NCBI GenBank assembly: GCA_964448115.1
Contig: CAYUVA010000017.1
Coordinates: 1-64,000 of the forward strand
DNA: 64,000 bases
Direction of reading: 5' to 3'
Source: an uncultured bacterium
GTDB lineage: Bacteria > CAYUVA01
Shown: positions 38,001-47,792 of the stretch, piece by piece
Layout: each line of letters starts with the position of its first letter
Numbering within the stretch: position 1 is the stretch's first letter
The notes under the pieces: generated by a model
Database searches by the model: none
The model's input: only the letters and a program-made list of their open reading frames with translations
Told to the model about the DNA's origin: nothing
Program-made: the position numbers and the translations under genes

Positions 38001-38119
38001 GGGAGAGCCTTAAGAATTCTTCGCCTGGAAAATAGGATCAGCAAAAAAAGCAGGCATAAAAGAGCGATTAAGCCATAGTACTCGAAACTGCCTATATATT
38101 CGGTGAAATATCTTTGCAT
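35018..38119 (-). CDS. Large GT-C (ArnT/PMT-like) membrane glycosyltransferase with PA14-like and NHL/beta-propeller C-terminal domains
   Basis: Many TM helices with GIALGLGFYTY; WEGGLLVDEDGYYYF..LLPGVHHLKI (PA14-like); WGGYG..RPWELMIDPLGRVVVYD (NHL-like). Confidence 0.65.
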   Translation of the reverse strand: MQRYFTEYIGSFEYYGLIALLCLLFLLILFSRRRILKALPLITGITLTFFAQLSLSNQKAIYGLILLALSIVPWFFISRDNRLRQSSSESQENIAKNHRLEVLIAIIILIAAFGVRVYRINSTLMGIHLDGVLNAYRAIEILQGKAPSVVYHDASSQREGLLHFFLFLGFKLLGVNVITIKLVALFWGMISLVLIYLLAHELLGRRCAIVSLFLLGFSYFHIRFSLENIRTYLVTPFVLLTIYCLLRAIRQKGFYWYIFAGIALGLGFYTYPTFRVMPIIVLWTWLVHLKFSFSNILRMIGGIILLGVITVSILIPAYSYDKQQHNFFSPSVIKPVIDLEKKENIEKIKNNLLLTLKSFNFESTRDPWFVVYFRNTFLPFMVAGFFLVGLILCFLQFFTKRSQILLSWLLISLIPLILYFPFPRRYTNIIPVALLIASFGMERVLFYAHQRLGFKPWMSILLLIPIFASHTHQELNEYYNGWLKHHGAYLEHYHEMWMQFEQYLDECDSFLLSNDTINKTRLNFYAYSHTKDKEYYKNLDVLSVLPIRGTGSKCAVVMIDNLDAYTVFINEVRQRYPNMQLTKNGTDAILFVPAQDLAALSGLKCIIRTEKPDYNEEFYHSDEHNYLTLPDISALSHINLVISWEGGLLVDEDGYYYFDLPQDESFDLQVTLDNQDLINLAASDGWLHYKYLLPGVHHLKISLRGNAARLPSRLGIIGWGQDPLNIAPIPAGNLINQIDWGILSAVPSRELPESSFTLNKIELDIGNLGPSYIAGVAECPGCGLTMIDTYNDRLLSFGSQGDLNAVYPLPPDPGFVSEFPVDICCGDFGEIYLIWRKELYRYHEKKLEKLTMPVERQVPFRVKQGLEGDLYVLTTSTNLYRLNGKLEILNYWGGYGFNEDRWLRPWELMIDPLGRVVVYDILKQYLHFYLPDGTLVERMNFPKPGPIYMDAAMDSNGYFIMFHEDKPLVIDNHGYALVPMLSHGLKVPQIIPSDIQFHQFCSAVDSGFILCTGLLAVHLKIIDQPINKLPDQK

Positions 38120-38202
38120 TCCAACCTGAGATAGATCTCTATTATCAGGCTATTTTACAGACGCAGAGCTTTTCCCAGATAAGGGAATCTATGCCCTTTG
38201 CT

Positions 38203-38955
38203 CTATTCTTTTGTTATTTTCTTGAATACCTCGAACAGGTCGATCGGGATCGGGAAAAGTGTTGTCGAGTTGTTCTCGGAAGCGACCTCTCGCAGGGTTT
38301 GCAGGTAGCGCATCTGGAGCGCCATCGGGTGGGGTTCGATTATCTTCGCTGCTTCCATCAGCTTATTTGCAGCCTGGAACTCACCCTCGGCGGCGATCAC
38401 CTTGGCGCGTCTTTCTCTCTCCGCCTCTGCCTGTCGAGCCATAGCTCTTTGCATCTCGGAAGGAAGATCGACATGCTTCACCTCGACATTGGATACCTTT
38501 ATGCCCCAGGGATCGGTATGTTCATCAAGAATCTGCTGGAGATGGGAGTTGATCTTATCTCTTTCTGCGAGAAGTTCGTCCAGCTCCGCCTGTCCAAGCA
38601 CCGATCGCAGGGTGGTCTGTGAAAGCTGCGAGGTGGCGAACAGGTAATTCTCAACCTCGACAACCGCCTTATTGGGATCCATCACCCTGAAATAGACCAC
38701 CGCATTGACCTTTATTGAGACATTATCCTTGGTGATCACATCCTGTGGCGGCACATCCATGGTAACTAGCCTTAGACTAACCTTCACCATCCTATCGATA
38801 ACCGGGATGATAATGACCAAGCCTGGTCCCTTTGCCTTGGGGAGCATTCTTCCTAGCCTGAAGACAACACCTCTCTCGTACTCGTTCAGGATCTTGATAG
38901 CGCTCCAGAGAAAGGCGAGGAATATTACGATGACAGCAATTAAAAAGTTGCTCAA
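38203..38955 (-). CDS. Stomatin/slipin SPFH protein
   Basis: [57 protein letters not shown]. Confidence 0.93.
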   Translation of the reverse strand: MSNFLIAVIVIFLAFLWSAIKILNEYERGVVFRLGRMLPKAKGPGLVIIIPVIDRMVKVSLRLVTMDVPPQDVITKDNVSIKVNAVVYFRVMDPNKAVVEVENYLFATSQLSQTTLRSVLGQAELDELLAERDKINSHLQQILDEHTDPWGIKVSNVEVKHVDLPSEMQRAMARQAEAERERRAKVIAAEGEFQAANKLMEAAKIIEPHPMALQMRYLQTLREVASENNSTTLFPIPIDLFEVFKKITKE

Positions 38956-39030
38956 TTCAAGCCCTCCTTATTTTTCTTGTTTCTTTCATGTTTTAACCCT
39001 TTATTTACAAGGCAGCCACCATTCGGGCTG

Positions 39031-40509
39031 TTATTTTCTTTTGACCTTCAGCTTAAATCCATCCTTGCCGATGACCAGAATTTCATCGCCATTCTTTATA
39101 TCCTGGTCGCTAATAGCGGACCAAAGCTCTCCGTGTACTAGCACCAATCCCTTGCCCTCTGAAAAGTCCTTCTTGGCAGTGCCTGCCATGCCGATCAGCC
39201 CTTCATCACCAGTAGTGGTCTTTTTGGTATGAACCTTGGTTATGGCTATTATCATAAGGACAATAATCGCTGATATGGCAAAAACGACTCCGAAGACAAG
39301 ACCTCTTGACACACCGATGCCTGGCGCCTCACTGCCGCCATAAAGCATCAAGGATCCTATTAGAAGGGATATGATCCCTCCCACGGACAATAAACCATAG
39401 CTTTGCACCTTGATCTCCATGATGAATAGGATGATTGCCAGGATTATCATTGCAACTCCTGCATAGTTTACTGGCAGGAACTGGAAGGCATAGATGGCGA
39501 TTATTGAGCATATACCGCCGATGACGCCGGGGAAGATGGCGCCGGGATGGTAAAGCTCGATAAGGATACCTAAAAAACCTAGGCTCATGAGTAGATAGGC
39601 TATGTTTGGATTGGTGATCACAGCGAGGAATTCCTGGCGAAAGCTCATCTTCTTTTCCACCACTTGAACCCTGGAAGTATCGATGGTGAAATTGCCGTCA
39701 GCGGTCTTTACTGATATGCCGTTTATCCTTTCCAAAAGCTCGTCCACATCAGGGCATATCATGTCTATGACATCCTTTTCGAGAGCTTCCTCGGCGGTAA
39801 TCGAGCTGCTTTTAGTAACCGCCTCGACTGCCCATTTTTCGTTTCTACCACGCATCCTGGCGATCCCGCGCACCCATGCCAGTGTGTCCTGCATGATCTT
39901 CTGCCCCATGATATTTTCGTATTCGGGCTGCTCGGCACCCTCTTGTTCGCTTGGTTCCTTTTGAGCGATCTGCTGGTTCAGGTCGGCGTCCTTTCGCTTG
40001 GCAAGCTCCTTCAAGCCCTTTATAAGAGGGCTTTCCTGGTCTTGTTCCTCTTGTTTCTTCTTCATCTGTTTGAACAGGTCCTCGCCGAAGTTCTCCATGC
40101 CGGTTATCACCGGGTGGGCTGCTCCAATGTTCGTGCTAGGTGCCATGGCGGCGACATGCGATGCTAGCGTAATGAAAACCCCAGCCGAGGCTGCCCTGGC
40201 TCCGCGCGGGGCAACGAAAACGACCACAGGAACCCTTGCATTAAGGATATCCTTGACCATTTCCCGAGTTGTGTCCAAGAAACCGCCCGGCGTATCCATC
40301 TGAAGGATGAGACAGGCTGCCTTGCTACTCTCCGCCTGGTGTAATGCCTCTCGAAAGTGTTCCAGGGTTACCTGGTTAATAATCCCCTCCACCTTGACCA
40401 GAACAACGCTATTGGGGGCTTGAGCCACGGTGGTCGAAGCCAATAAAAAGGCGATGAGGATGGTTACGGTAAGTGGTGCCCGATATTCTGCATGTCGATC
40501 TTCGATCAT
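39031..40509 (-). CDS. nfeD: NfeD family membrane-bound ClpP-class serine protease (long form)
   Basis: DTPGG, GARAASAG, MAPSTNIGAAHP, RGRN..WA, TM block, C-terminal OB domain VHGELWSA; paired with the stomatin gene. Confidence 0.92.
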   Translation of the reverse strand: MIEDRHAEYRAPLTVTILIAFLLASTTVAQAPNSVVLVKVEGIINQVTLEHFREALHQAESSKAACLILQMDTPGGFLDTTREMVKDILNARVPVVVFVAPRGARAASAGVFITLASHVAAMAPSTNIGAAHPVITGMENFGEDLFKQMKKKQEEQDQESPLIKGLKELAKRKDADLNQQIAQKEPSEQEGAEQPEYENIMGQKIMQDTLAWVRGIARMRGRNEKWAVEAVTKSSSITAEEALEKDVIDMICPDVDELLERINGISVKTADGNFTIDTSRVQVVEKKMSFRQEFLAVITNPNIAYLLMSLGFLGILIELYHPGAIFPGVIGGICSIIAIYAFQFLPVNYAGVAMIILAIILFIMEIKVQSYGLLSVGGIISLLIGSLMLYGGSEAPGIGVSRGLVFGVVFAISAIIVLMIIAITKVHTKKTTTGDEGLIGMAGTAKKDFSEGKGLVLVHGELWSAISDQDIKNGDEILVIGKDGFKLKVKRK

Positions 40510-40940
40510 CGATTACCTCGTTTTTAGCATCATAATATCGCATATCACTAAAAAGACAAGTGCACAGACAAGTATATGAATATATACTCATGCCTTGCGT
40601 TCCCCTGTATGTTTGTGGTTTGATAACCTGGGTGTACAACCAAATAATTAAATCTTTGGGTAATGAAAATTGCTCTTGAATCCTAGTTGAATTATGCTAA
40701 TATGTCTTTTAGTTGAATTCGATTATTCAAAATCGAATACCTGAAAAGCAAGTATGAACAGACGGAGCAAAGGCGAAGAGAGGCAATCAGTAAGCATTAG
40801 ACACACGCCTGGCTCAAGACGCTTCCTGCCCCTTATCGATAGAGCTTGGGCAACAAGATGATGCGCTTTAACTTTAAGGAAGCAGACTGTGGAATTGCAA
40901 CTTATGGCATTGAAATTATGATCCGTAAGGAGGCTAAGTA

Positions 40941-43358
40941 ATGGGATTCAAGATCGAGAAGGTCGCCGTACTAGGCGGCGGAGTAATGGGAAGCGGAATA
41001 GCCGCTCATCTCGCCAATGTGGGCATTCCCTGTTACATCCTTGACATCGTACCTGGCGAGCTTACCGACCAGGAGAAGGAAAAGGGATTGACCCTGGATA
41101 GCCCACAGGTGAGGAATCGGCTCTCCGAGGCTGGCAAAGAGGCTGCCATAAAAGCCAAGCCGGCTGCACTGTATGACAAGAGTTTCGCTGACCTTATCAC
41201 CTGCGGTAACTACCAGGATAATATCGAGTGGCTATCTGAGGTCGATTGGATCGTGGAAGCTGTGGTAGAGAACCTCGCCATCAAGAAAAAGGTCTTCAAG
41301 ATGGTGGAGCAGAACCGTAAACCCGGCAGCATAGTAAGCTCCAACACATCAGGAATCTCGGTCGAGGCAATGGTCGAGGACTGCTCTGATGAGTTTAAGA
41401 GGCACTTTTTGGTAACCCACTTCTTCAATCCGGTTAGATACATGAGGCTGCTAGAGCTGGTGGCGCACCCCATGACCGACAAGGAAGTGCTCGAATTCAT
41501 CGCCGAGTTTGGTGAGAAAACGCTGGGCAAGGGGATCGTCTGGGCAAAGGACACACCCAACTTCATCGCCAACCGCATCGGCATCTTCTCAATGATGTAC
41601 ACCATTAAGACCATGCTCGAAGATGGTTATACCGTCGAGGAGGTCGATAAGATCACCGGTCCAGCCACTGGCAAGCCAAGCTCGGCGGCATTCGGCACCG
41701 CCGACCTGGTCGGTCTCGATACCTTTGTCCATGTGGCTGACAATGTCTATGAGGCAGTTGTCGATGACGAGATGAGAGAGGTCTTCAAGGTCCCCGACTT
41801 CATCAGGAAGATGGTCGAAAAGGGTATGCTTGGTCGCAAGGCAAAGGCTGGCTTCTATACCGTGGAAAAGACCGCCCAGGGCAAGCAGAAGAAGTTCATC
41901 GACTACAATACTCTGGAATATCGCGATGTCCAGAAGCCAAAGTTCCCCTCGCTGGATAAAGCTAAGAACATCGATGATGTGGGCAAAAGACTGCGCAATG
42001 TTCTATATGCCGATGACCGAGCCGGCAAGTTTGCCTGGAAAACCACTGCCCAAACCCTCATTTACACAGTGAACCGACTCGGCGAGATCGCTGATGATAT
42101 CGTGAACATCGACAACGCGATGAAATGGGGCTTCAACTGGGCGATGGGTCCCTTCGAGGGATGGGATGCCATCGGAGTCAAGGAATCGGTCGAGAAGATG
42201 AAGGCTGATGGCTTCGAGATTCCTGCCAAAATGGAAAAGTTCCTCGCCCAGGATATGCCCAGCTTCTACAAGGTCATCGAGGGCAAGAAGCACTACTACT
42301 GCTTTGCCAAGAATGACTACCTACCGATGGAAGACAAGCCTCACATGATCTTTTTGGCTGATGTAAAGACCGATAAAGCAAGGATCATCAAAAAGAACAT
42401 GGAATCGAGCTTGATCGACATCGGCGACGGCGTACTCTGCCTTGAATTTCACTCCAAGATGAACGCCATCGGGCAGGATATCATCGATATGATCAACTTC
42501 GCGGTAACCGAGCTTGAGGAGAAGGACTGGGTCGGCTTGGTGGTCGGCAACCAGGGCGAGCACTTCTCGGTAGGCGCAAACCTGATGATGATCATGCTCG
42601 CTGCTCAGCAGAAGCAGTGGGAGACGCTCGATAAGGTGGTAAGGGAGTTCCAGAGCGCCAACATGCGCCTGAAGTATAGCTGCAAACCGGTAGTGGTCGC
42701 ACCGCATGGCTTCACCTTCGGCGGTGGCTGCGAGGTCTCCATGCATGGCGATGCCATACAGGCTGCTGCCGAGACCTACATCGGTCTGGTAGAGGTCGGA
42801 GTGGGAGTCATACCCGCTGGTGGCGGAACCAAGGAGGTGCTACTGCGCAACCTTCCTGAAGAGGTCAAGAGGGTCGCTGATGCTGATATAATGCCCTTTT
42901 TGATCAACGCCTTCCAGACCATAGCCATGGCAAAGGTCGGCACCAGCGCCCAGGAAGGGATGAACATCGGATACCTAAATCCCCATACCGATGGATATAG
43001 CATAAACAAGGATATGCTTATCGCCGATGCCAAGAAGAAGGTGATCGGACTGTCTGGAACATACAAGACTCCTCGCATGGTCAATGATCTAAGGCTGCCT
43101 GGACCCGAGGGTGCGGCGACATTGAAGCTCGGCGCCTGGGGCTTCAAGATGGGCAAGTTCATCACCGAGTTCGAGGAAGTGATCGCTGGACACTTAGCAA
43201 GGATCCTCACCGGTGGAGAGACCTCCAAGTACAACACGGTCGATGAGTGGCATATTCTCGACCTGGAACGCGAGGCATTCCTCTCCTTGTGCGGTGAACA
43301 GAAGGCTATCGAGCGCATGCAGCACATGCTGATGTACAACAAGCCGCTGCGCAACTAG
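40941..43358 (+). CDS. fadN: 3-hydroxyacyl-CoA dehydrogenase / enoyl-CoA hydratase (FadN-type)
   Basis: VAVLGGGVMGSGIA, SSNTSG, THFFNPVRYM, KDTPNFIANRIG, crotonase part FSVGANL, GGGCE, ETYIGLVEVGVG; ends KPLRN. Confidence 0.93.
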   Translation: MGFKIEKVAVLGGGVMGSGIAAHLANVGIPCYILDIVPGELTDQEKEKGLTLDSPQVRNRLSEAGKEAAIKAKPAALYDKSFADLITCGNYQDNIEWLSEVDWIVEAVVENLAIKKKVFKMVEQNRKPGSIVSSNTSGISVEAMVEDCSDEFKRHFLVTHFFNPVRYMRLLELVAHPMTDKEVLEFIAEFGEKTLGKGIVWAKDTPNFIANRIGIFSMMYTIKTMLEDGYTVEEVDKITGPATGKPSSAAFGTADLVGLDTFVHVADNVYEAVVDDEMREVFKVPDFIRKMVEKGMLGRKAKAGFYTVEKTAQGKQKKFIDYNTLEYRDVQKPKFPSLDKAKNIDDVGKRLRNVLYADDRAGKFAWKTTAQTLIYTVNRLGEIADDIVNIDNAMKWGFNWAMGPFEGWDAIGVKESVEKMKADGFEIPAKMEKFLAQDMPSFYKVIEGKKHYYCFAKNDYLPMEDKPHMIFLADVKTDKARIIKKNMESSLIDIGDGVLCLEFHSKMNAIGQDIIDMINFAVTELEEKDWVGLVVGNQGEHFSVGANLMMIMLAAQQKQWETLDKVVREFQSANMRLKYSCKPVVVAPHGFTFGGGCEVSMHGDAIQAAAETYIGLVEVGVGVIPAGGGTKEVLLRNLPEEVKRVADADIMPFLINAFQTIAMAKVGTSAQEGMNIGYLNPHTDGYSINKDMLIADAKKKVIGLSGTYKTPRMVNDLRLPGPEGAATLKLGAWGFKMGKFITEFEEVIAGHLARILTGGETSKYNTVDEWHILDLEREAFLSLCGEQKAIERMQHMLMYNKPLRN

Positions 43359-43403
43359 AAAGAGCCTTGCCTACCAATAGAAAACCACAGGAGGTTTAAG
43401 ATA

Positions 43404-44591
43404 ATGAGAGAAGTCGTAATAGTTGAGGGTTGCAGGACCGCTGCTGGCAGAGCCAAGAAAAACGGCTCCCTGCTGGAGACCCGTCCTGATGACCTTACAG
43501 CAGCAGTGCTCAAGGGCTGCCTGGAAAGAGTACCCCAGATAAAACCTGAAGATCTTGATGATATAATCATCGGCTGCGCGATGCCCGAGGGCGAGCAGGG
43601 CATGAATGTGGCTCGAATATCAATGTTTCGCGCCCAGATCCCATATTCTGTGCCGGCTATGACGGTGAATCGCTTCTGTTGCAGCGGCATCCAGACCGTC
43701 TCCATCGCACAGAATCAGATCGCCTGCGGACTTTCGGATATAATCATCGCTGGCGGAGTGGAGAGCATGACCATGGTGCCGATGGGTGGACAGCGTCCGG
43801 CTCCCAATCCATGGCTGGTGGAGAACTATCCTGAAGCTTACACTGCAATGGGCATAACCGCAGAACTGCTGGCAGAGAAATATAATATCACCAGACAAGA
43901 GTGTGATGAGTTCGCCTATAACAGCCATCAGAAGGCGCTAAAAGCCATAAAAGAGGGGAAGTTCAAGGACGAGATCGTCCCGGTCAACGCCAAGCTGCAT
44001 GTAAAAGAGAATGGGAAAGTTACGGTAAAGGAATTCGTCTTCGACACTGATGAGTGCCCCCGCGAGGGACCACTTGAAGGCTATGCCAGGCTGAAGCCTG
44101 TCTTCAAGCAGGGTGGCGTGGTTACCGCAGCCAACTCCTCGCCGATAAACGATGGCGCAGCGGCGGTCGTGGTCATGTCAAAGGAAGTCGCTGATAAGCT
44201 CGGTATCAAGCCGATAGCCAAGCTGCTCACCTACCAGGTCGCCGGCGTACCCCCTGAAATCATGGGCATAGGTCCCGTGGAGGCTATCCCCAAGGCGTTC
44301 AAGAAGACCGGTCTCACCTTTGATGATATGGATATCATCGAGCTGAACGAGGCATTCGCTGCCCAGTCATTGGCTGTAATCAAGGAGCTTAATCTTCCGT
44401 TGGACAAGACCAACATCAACGGTGGCGCAATAGCTTTAGGACACCCGCTGGGATGTACCGGCGCCAAGCTGCTCGTCCAACTCCTCTACGAGATGAAGCG
44501 TCGCAGTGACATCAAGTACGCCCTGGAGTCGATGTGCATCGGCGGTGGCATGGGAGCTGCCGGCATATTGCAGAACCTGTATCACGAGTAA
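43404..44591 (+). CDS. fadA: Acetyl-CoA acyltransferase (3-ketoacyl-CoA thiolase)
   Basis: [43 protein letters not shown]. Confidence 0.93.
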   Translation: MREVVIVEGCRTAAGRAKKNGSLLETRPDDLTAAVLKGCLERVPQIKPEDLDDIIIGCAMPEGEQGMNVARISMFRAQIPYSVPAMTVNRFCCSGIQTVSIAQNQIACGLSDIIIAGGVESMTMVPMGGQRPAPNPWLVENYPEAYTAMGITAELLAEKYNITRQECDEFAYNSHQKALKAIKEGKFKDEIVPVNAKLHVKENGKVTVKEFVFDTDECPREGPLEGYARLKPVFKQGGVVTAANSSPINDGAAAVVVMSKEVADKLGIKPIAKLLTYQVAGVPPEIMGIGPVEAIPKAFKKTGLTFDDMDIIELNEAFAAQSLAVIKELNLPLDKTNINGGAIALGHPLGCTGAKLLVQLLYEMKRRSDIKYALESMCIGGGMGAAGILQNLYHE

Positions 44592-44616
44592 GGATCCAAG
44601 GAAAAGAACAACTGGT

Positions 44617-44662
44617 GGGGCTTGACTCCCTTTTCTCAAGGGTAATCAAGCCCCGTTTTTTT
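44617..44662 (+). terminator. Rho-independent terminator after fadA
   Basis: GGGGCTTGA...TCAAGCCCC 9-bp stem followed by G and T7. Confidence 0.75.
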
Positions 44663-44784
44663 ATTATCCATAGTTTAAGATACACTTACCCCGGTGAGTG
44701 GCAAAGAATAGGACTTAATCAATCGGTTTGACAAATTTTTCATGACCATTATAAGGTAAAATATGTACGAAGCTATACATAAAA

Positions 44785-45222
44785 TTGACAACCGGTTTTT
44801 CATTAAGATACATGACCGCCGATGACATTGTTACTCAAAAGAAAGGAGCAAAATGCATTACTCTGGTATTGAAATCAGTTGTTATTATTTTAAGTATTAT
44901 TATTTTAGTAAACTTGATAACAGCAATCAGGATGAATCAATCCAAGAACTACAATCCCTATTGTGAGATCTGCCATAGCATGACCTACAAGATGCTCAAA
45001 GAAGATAAGGTGCTCAATCAGCTATACTGCACCGATTGTCATGGCTATTCTACGAGGCATCAAAGACTAGAGGGAAGGCTCCTAGCTCCACCGACCATTC
45101 GTAAACCCTCCAGGAGACAGATAAAAAAAGTTCTCAATCAACATGAGATCGATTTACAGTTATATCAAATATTGCCGGTTCATAAAAATGTAAGATTCGA
45201 TTTTAATAATGCCAATTTCTAG
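44785..45222 (+). CDS. Small membrane-anchored diheme c-type cytochrome
   Basis: TM helix followed by two CXXCH motifs (CEICH, CTDCH); start uncertain (ATG 44812 possible). Confidence 0.6.
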   Translation: MTTGFSLRYMTADDIVTQKKGAKCITLVLKSVVIILSIIILVNLITAIRMNQSKNYNPYCEICHSMTYKMLKEDKVLNQLYCTDCHGYSTRHQRLEGRLLAPPTIRKPSRRQIKKVLNQHEIDLQLYQILPVHKNVRFDFNNANF

Positions 45223-45260
45223 ACAATAATATATCTGATCGATCTTTTTCAAAGGAGATC

Positions 45261-46376
45261 ATGATGAAAAGAAGGGATTTTCTTAAGATAGCCGGGGGCA
45301 TAGTAGCTGGAGCATTTGTTGCCGGATCCGGATACTTTGGCCTGAACAAGTTCCAAACCCGGAAAGTTCTTAAGAGCCTTGGTTCTTTGCATAAGAATCA
45401 AGACTTTATCGACCGGATTGAATACAGGACACTTGGGAATACTGGATTGAAGATAAGCTCAATAGGGCTTGGCGGACATTCATATATGTCTAACTGCAAG
45501 ATGAGACCGCCATCGAGATTTTATTGGGGGTCATTATTGAATCGCGGAAAGATTATAAAATGCGCATACGAGCATGGGATTAACTACTTTGACTCTGCTG
45601 GATTGTTTGAATGCGAAGATTATGGATATCATATAAAAAGATGGGGGCTGGCAGATAAAGTCTATCTGGCAACATGGATACCCTATACAAAAGAGCCTAC
45701 TTATGAATTCACTGAGAATTTCATAGCCAAAGCAATAAAAAACTACGGAGTTGATCATATCGATGTTGCAAGGATCACATTCACTAAATATATTCACGAT
45801 TGGGAGCTTCATGGAAAATATTTCTTCGAGGCATTAGATATCGTCAAACGGCTTAAAGAAAAAGGAATCGTCCGTTTCATAGGATACACAGAACACTCCT
45901 TCGATGTCTTCTCGCATTTGATAGACAATTACAAGATCTTGGATCATATTGATGTCATTCAATTCCCTTATAATTATCTGCTTCAAGCTGCAAGAGAAAA
46001 GGTTATACCCCTGGCACATCAAAAAGGAGTAGGAATTATCGTTAAAAAAATATTCGGAAGCGGTTTTCTAATTACAGATGATCGAGGAAGTGATGAGTTT
46101 TTCAATGTTACTAATGATGAGAAGTCATTTTTAAAACAGAGGTTGGGAGATGAACAAAAAGAAATTACTGCTGGATTGGTACGATTCGCGGTTGAGGATA
46201 AAAGGATAACATGTGCGCTTGTTGGCGTCGCCAATGAGGCTGAACTGAAGTTTGATTTGATGGCTGCCAATAACTTGATAAATAATGGCAATTGGCAGGC
46301 TTGTCTTAGAGAAAAATTAAAAGCTAATAAGTTGGACAATATACATGGATATGAATGGTTTAAGACCTGGGCTTGA
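45261..46376 (+). CDS. Aldo/keto reductase family protein with Tat signal
   Basis: KRRDFLK twin-arginine leader; YRTLGNTGLKISSIGLG, GINYFDSA, KEKGIVRFIG, IQFPYN; AAGGAG RBS. Confidence 0.85.
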   Translation: MMKRRDFLKIAGGIVAGAFVAGSGYFGLNKFQTRKVLKSLGSLHKNQDFIDRIEYRTLGNTGLKISSIGLGGHSYMSNCKMRPPSRFYWGSLLNRGKIIKCAYEHGINYFDSAGLFECEDYGYHIKRWGLADKVYLATWIPYTKEPTYEFTENFIAKAIKNYGVDHIDVARITFTKYIHDWELHGKYFFEALDIVKRLKEKGIVRFIGYTEHSFDVFSHLIDNYKILDHIDVIQFPYNYLLQAAREKVIPLAHQKGVGIIVKKIFGSGFLITDDRGSDEFFNVTNDEKSFLKQRLGDEQKEITAGLVRFAVEDKRITCALVGVANEAELKFDLMAANNLINNGNWQACLREKLKANKLDNIHGYEWFKTWA

Positions 46377-46539
46377 TTTTATTGTTTAGCCAGGGCTACT
46401 TTCACGATTATCGACAGATAGCTCAGCGACCTCGATGACATGGGCAGGCTCATTCCGCAAATGATCGATAAACTTTGAACTTTGAATCTCAAGCTTGTAG
46501 AATAGTTACCTGGATCTTTACAAATAAAGGAGAGCTACT

Positions 46540-47724
46540 ATGGAAATAGCAATCTGTGCGTTGAATCGAACCGCTATCGGCAAGTTTGGAGGCACTATCT
46601 CCAAGATACACCCCTCGCAGATGGGAGCCGTATGCATCAAGGACATTCTAAAAAGAGCCAACCTGAACGATGTAACTGCCATTGACGAGATCATCGGCGG
46701 AGTCGTAGTGCAAGCAGGCTTGGGACAGAACCCGGCTCGACAGGCAGCTATCTGGGCAGGACTTCCTCCCGAGCTTAATTCTTTTACCATCAACAAGGTA
46801 TGCGGAAGCGGGCTTAAGGCAGGGATGCTGGCTGCCCAGGCAATAAAAGCCGGGGATGCTGAGGTCATTATTGGAGTCGGAATGGAGAGCATGAGCCTGG
46901 TTCCACATTACATAATGAATCAGAAATTCAAAGGTTTTGGCTACGGCGATGCCAAGATAATTGATGGGCTTATATATGACGGGCTTTCCTGCATATTCAA
47001 CGATGGAGTCCACATGGGTGTGCTTGGCGATTGGACCGCCAAAGAGGCGGGGCTAACTAAGGATGACTGCGATCAGTTCGCGCTTCAAAGTCAGACTAAG
47101 GCACAAAATGCCCTATCCGACGGCTGGTTCGATGCTGAGATAGTTCCAATCGAGATCCAGCAGAGAAAGGGCGATCCCATCATCTTCAAGGTCGATGAGT
47201 GCCCAAGAGCGACTACCATGGAAGCCTTGCAGCGGTTGAAGCCTGTATTTACCCAAGATGGCGTTATCACTGCCGGAAACGCCTCTCAGCTTTCCGATGG
47301 GGCTGCCTGCGGGCTGTTTGCCAGCGGTGAGGCGGTAAAGAGATATCAGTTGAACAGGATAGCTACCATAGTCGGTTATCAATCTGCGCATGTCGAGCCG
47401 AAACGGCTTTTCTTTGCTCCCCCAAAGGCTATAAACCGATTGCTGGAAAGGATCGGCTGGAAAAAGGATGATGTTGATCTATGGGAGCTTAACGAAGCCT
47501 TCAGCTCCCAATCGGTAGCTAACATCCGCGAGCTTGACATCGACCCGAACATGGTCAATATCGGAGGCGGCGCCATTGCGCTGGGACACCCGATTGGAGC
47601 CAGCGGAATGCGCATCCTGGTCACCCTGGTGCATCACCTCAAAAGGCTGAGCAAGAAAAAGGGTATTGCCTCTGCCTGCCTGGGCGGCGGCGGTGCAGTT
47701 GCAATGGCTGTTGAGATAGAATAG
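46540..47724 (+). CDS. Acetyl-CoA acetyltransferase (thiolase)
   Basis: [44 protein letters not shown]. Confidence 0.93.
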   Translation: MEIAICALNRTAIGKFGGTISKIHPSQMGAVCIKDILKRANLNDVTAIDEIIGGVVVQAGLGQNPARQAAIWAGLPPELNSFTINKVCGSGLKAGMLAAQAIKAGDAEVIIGVGMESMSLVPHYIMNQKFKGFGYGDAKIIDGLIYDGLSCIFNDGVHMGVLGDWTAKEAGLTKDDCDQFALQSQTKAQNALSDGWFDAEIVPIEIQQRKGDPIIFKVDECPRATTMEALQRLKPVFTQDGVITAGNASQLSDGAACGLFASGEAVKRYQLNRIATIVGYQSAHVEPKRLFFAPPKAINRLLERIGWKKDDVDLWELNEAFSSQSVANIRELDIDPNMVNIGGGAIALGHPIGASGMRILVTLVHHLKRLSKKKGIASACLGGGGAVAMAVEIE

Positions 47725-47792
47725 CCAAAATTAAAAAATCCCAAAGGGATCGGAACTTAGTTAACAATGTAGTATAATAAAAGTCTAATTGT

